NCBI RefSeq assembly: GCF_035594765.1 | Contig: NC_085844.1 | Location: 46,453,923-46,517,922, forward strand | DNA length: 64,000 nt | Source: Anolis carolinensis | Taxonomy: Eukaryota | Reading direction: 5' to 3' | Shown: one piece after another, positions 62,901 to 64,000 of the stretch | Position numbering within the stretch: position 1 is the stretch's first letter | How the letters are laid out: the number at the start of each line of letters is the position of its first letter | Program-made: the position numbers and the translations under genes | Notes under the pieces: generated by a model | What the model saw: the letters and a program-made list of their open reading frames with translations, nothing else | Database searches by the model: none | What the model was told of the DNA's origin: nothing

Positions 62901-64000
62901 ACATATGATAGAGGGTACCTTCCGCCTTCCCACATTTCTAACGTAAATCTTTCCTGATTTTATATATTTTGCCTAAGATCTGTGGAGTTAAATAACATAA
63001 AGAGTGGACTTCCTTTACCACTTTTTGCATTTTCCGCAACTTCCATCTCTACATTGTATGTTTCTATTGTTAACAAAAGTGATGAGAAGATTACAGCCTT
63101 TCTGAGTGGTTCCTCAGAAATGTTCTTTCCATTGTTCTTGTAATTTACTGAAATATATCCCTTTTTTAACAGCTCCAGCAAGTGTATTATGTACCTTATG
63201 CAGCTGCTTAATCACATACTCACATGGACACATTTCCATGGATTTTCCAAGCATGTGCTGTAATTTCCCATTGCAGCAGGCCATACATTGAATTCTGTTA
63301 CTCCAAAGTAGCTAGTGTTCTCAGTGAAATTGACTCTCAGTTAAATTGTGACTTAATCTATTATTGTTTACTCAGATGTAACTCTAATGAATTTAATGGG
63401 GCTTACTCCCATGGAAGCATTCACAAGGTTTGACTCCAATAGGGCTTTGTTTTCCCCAGCTTTTCTCAGTGGAGCATTTTACTCTTGAAAAGTCGCTGTT
63501 TCCAATGTCAGCATGGCTCCATAATAATATAATATTATATTTCTCCCCTCTTCATTGTGTGGAGACGAGAACTTTAAACTGACTGGGCGGTCGTGTTCTT
63601 CTGAATCACTTACAGGATGAGTTGAGTTAATTGATGGAGCTTAGTACTGATTTCTTTGGCTACACTTGTTGGTCAGTACCCTCAGCCTATAAAACTTCCA
63701 AGGGTGGGGCATAGTAGTTTATGCTGGAGCCATAATAAAAGGCAAGGTTCTCTTTTATTAAAAAAGAAGACATAGAGGAAATATCTGTTATTTATTATTT
63801 TTACAGGAATTTTAACAGGTATGTATGAAGACAGTGCATGATAAAAGTGCCTGATAGTAAAAAATTATCCTATGTCTGTAAGGATGAGGAAGAATTACAA
63901 TAATGTGTAGGAAAGAAAGAAGTATAGGGATTGTAAGTTGATTTGTTTAGAGTTTGTGCATTTATGTATATACTTGCCTTCTTATTCACAGCATTTCTAT

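Overview
Vertebrate genomic DNA, almost certainly a squamate. The repeat content (Sauria SINE, Poseidon-type Penelope, CR1, L2, BovB, hAT/Tc1 MITEs) points to an anole lizard. The window covers the conserved (CHCHD7)-PLAG1-MOS-RPS20/SNORD54 block, with PLAG1, MOS and RPS20 all on the + strand. It opens with a GC-rich bidirectional promoter (~3.1-5.4 kb). PLAG1 follows, with non-coding 5' exons, a first coding exon mostly lost in a 292-N gap, a last coding exon at 34685-35936 and a ~4.6 kb 3'UTR. Next come the intronless MOS kinase (44175-45224) and four-exon RPS20, which hosts SNORD54 in intron 2. Signals not shown by the ORF track: (1) a family of Penelope-like insertions carrying minimal hammerhead ribozymes, some as near-perfect fold-back palindromes and one unshielded on the sense strand of RPS20 intron 1; (2) a decayed DUF659-type hAT transposase in PLAG1 intron 1; (3) a stack of uORFs in the PLAG1 leader; (4) a compact oocyte translational-control code in the MOS 3'UTR. 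No alignments or searches were run, so gene and family calls rest on motif recognition and recalled homology.
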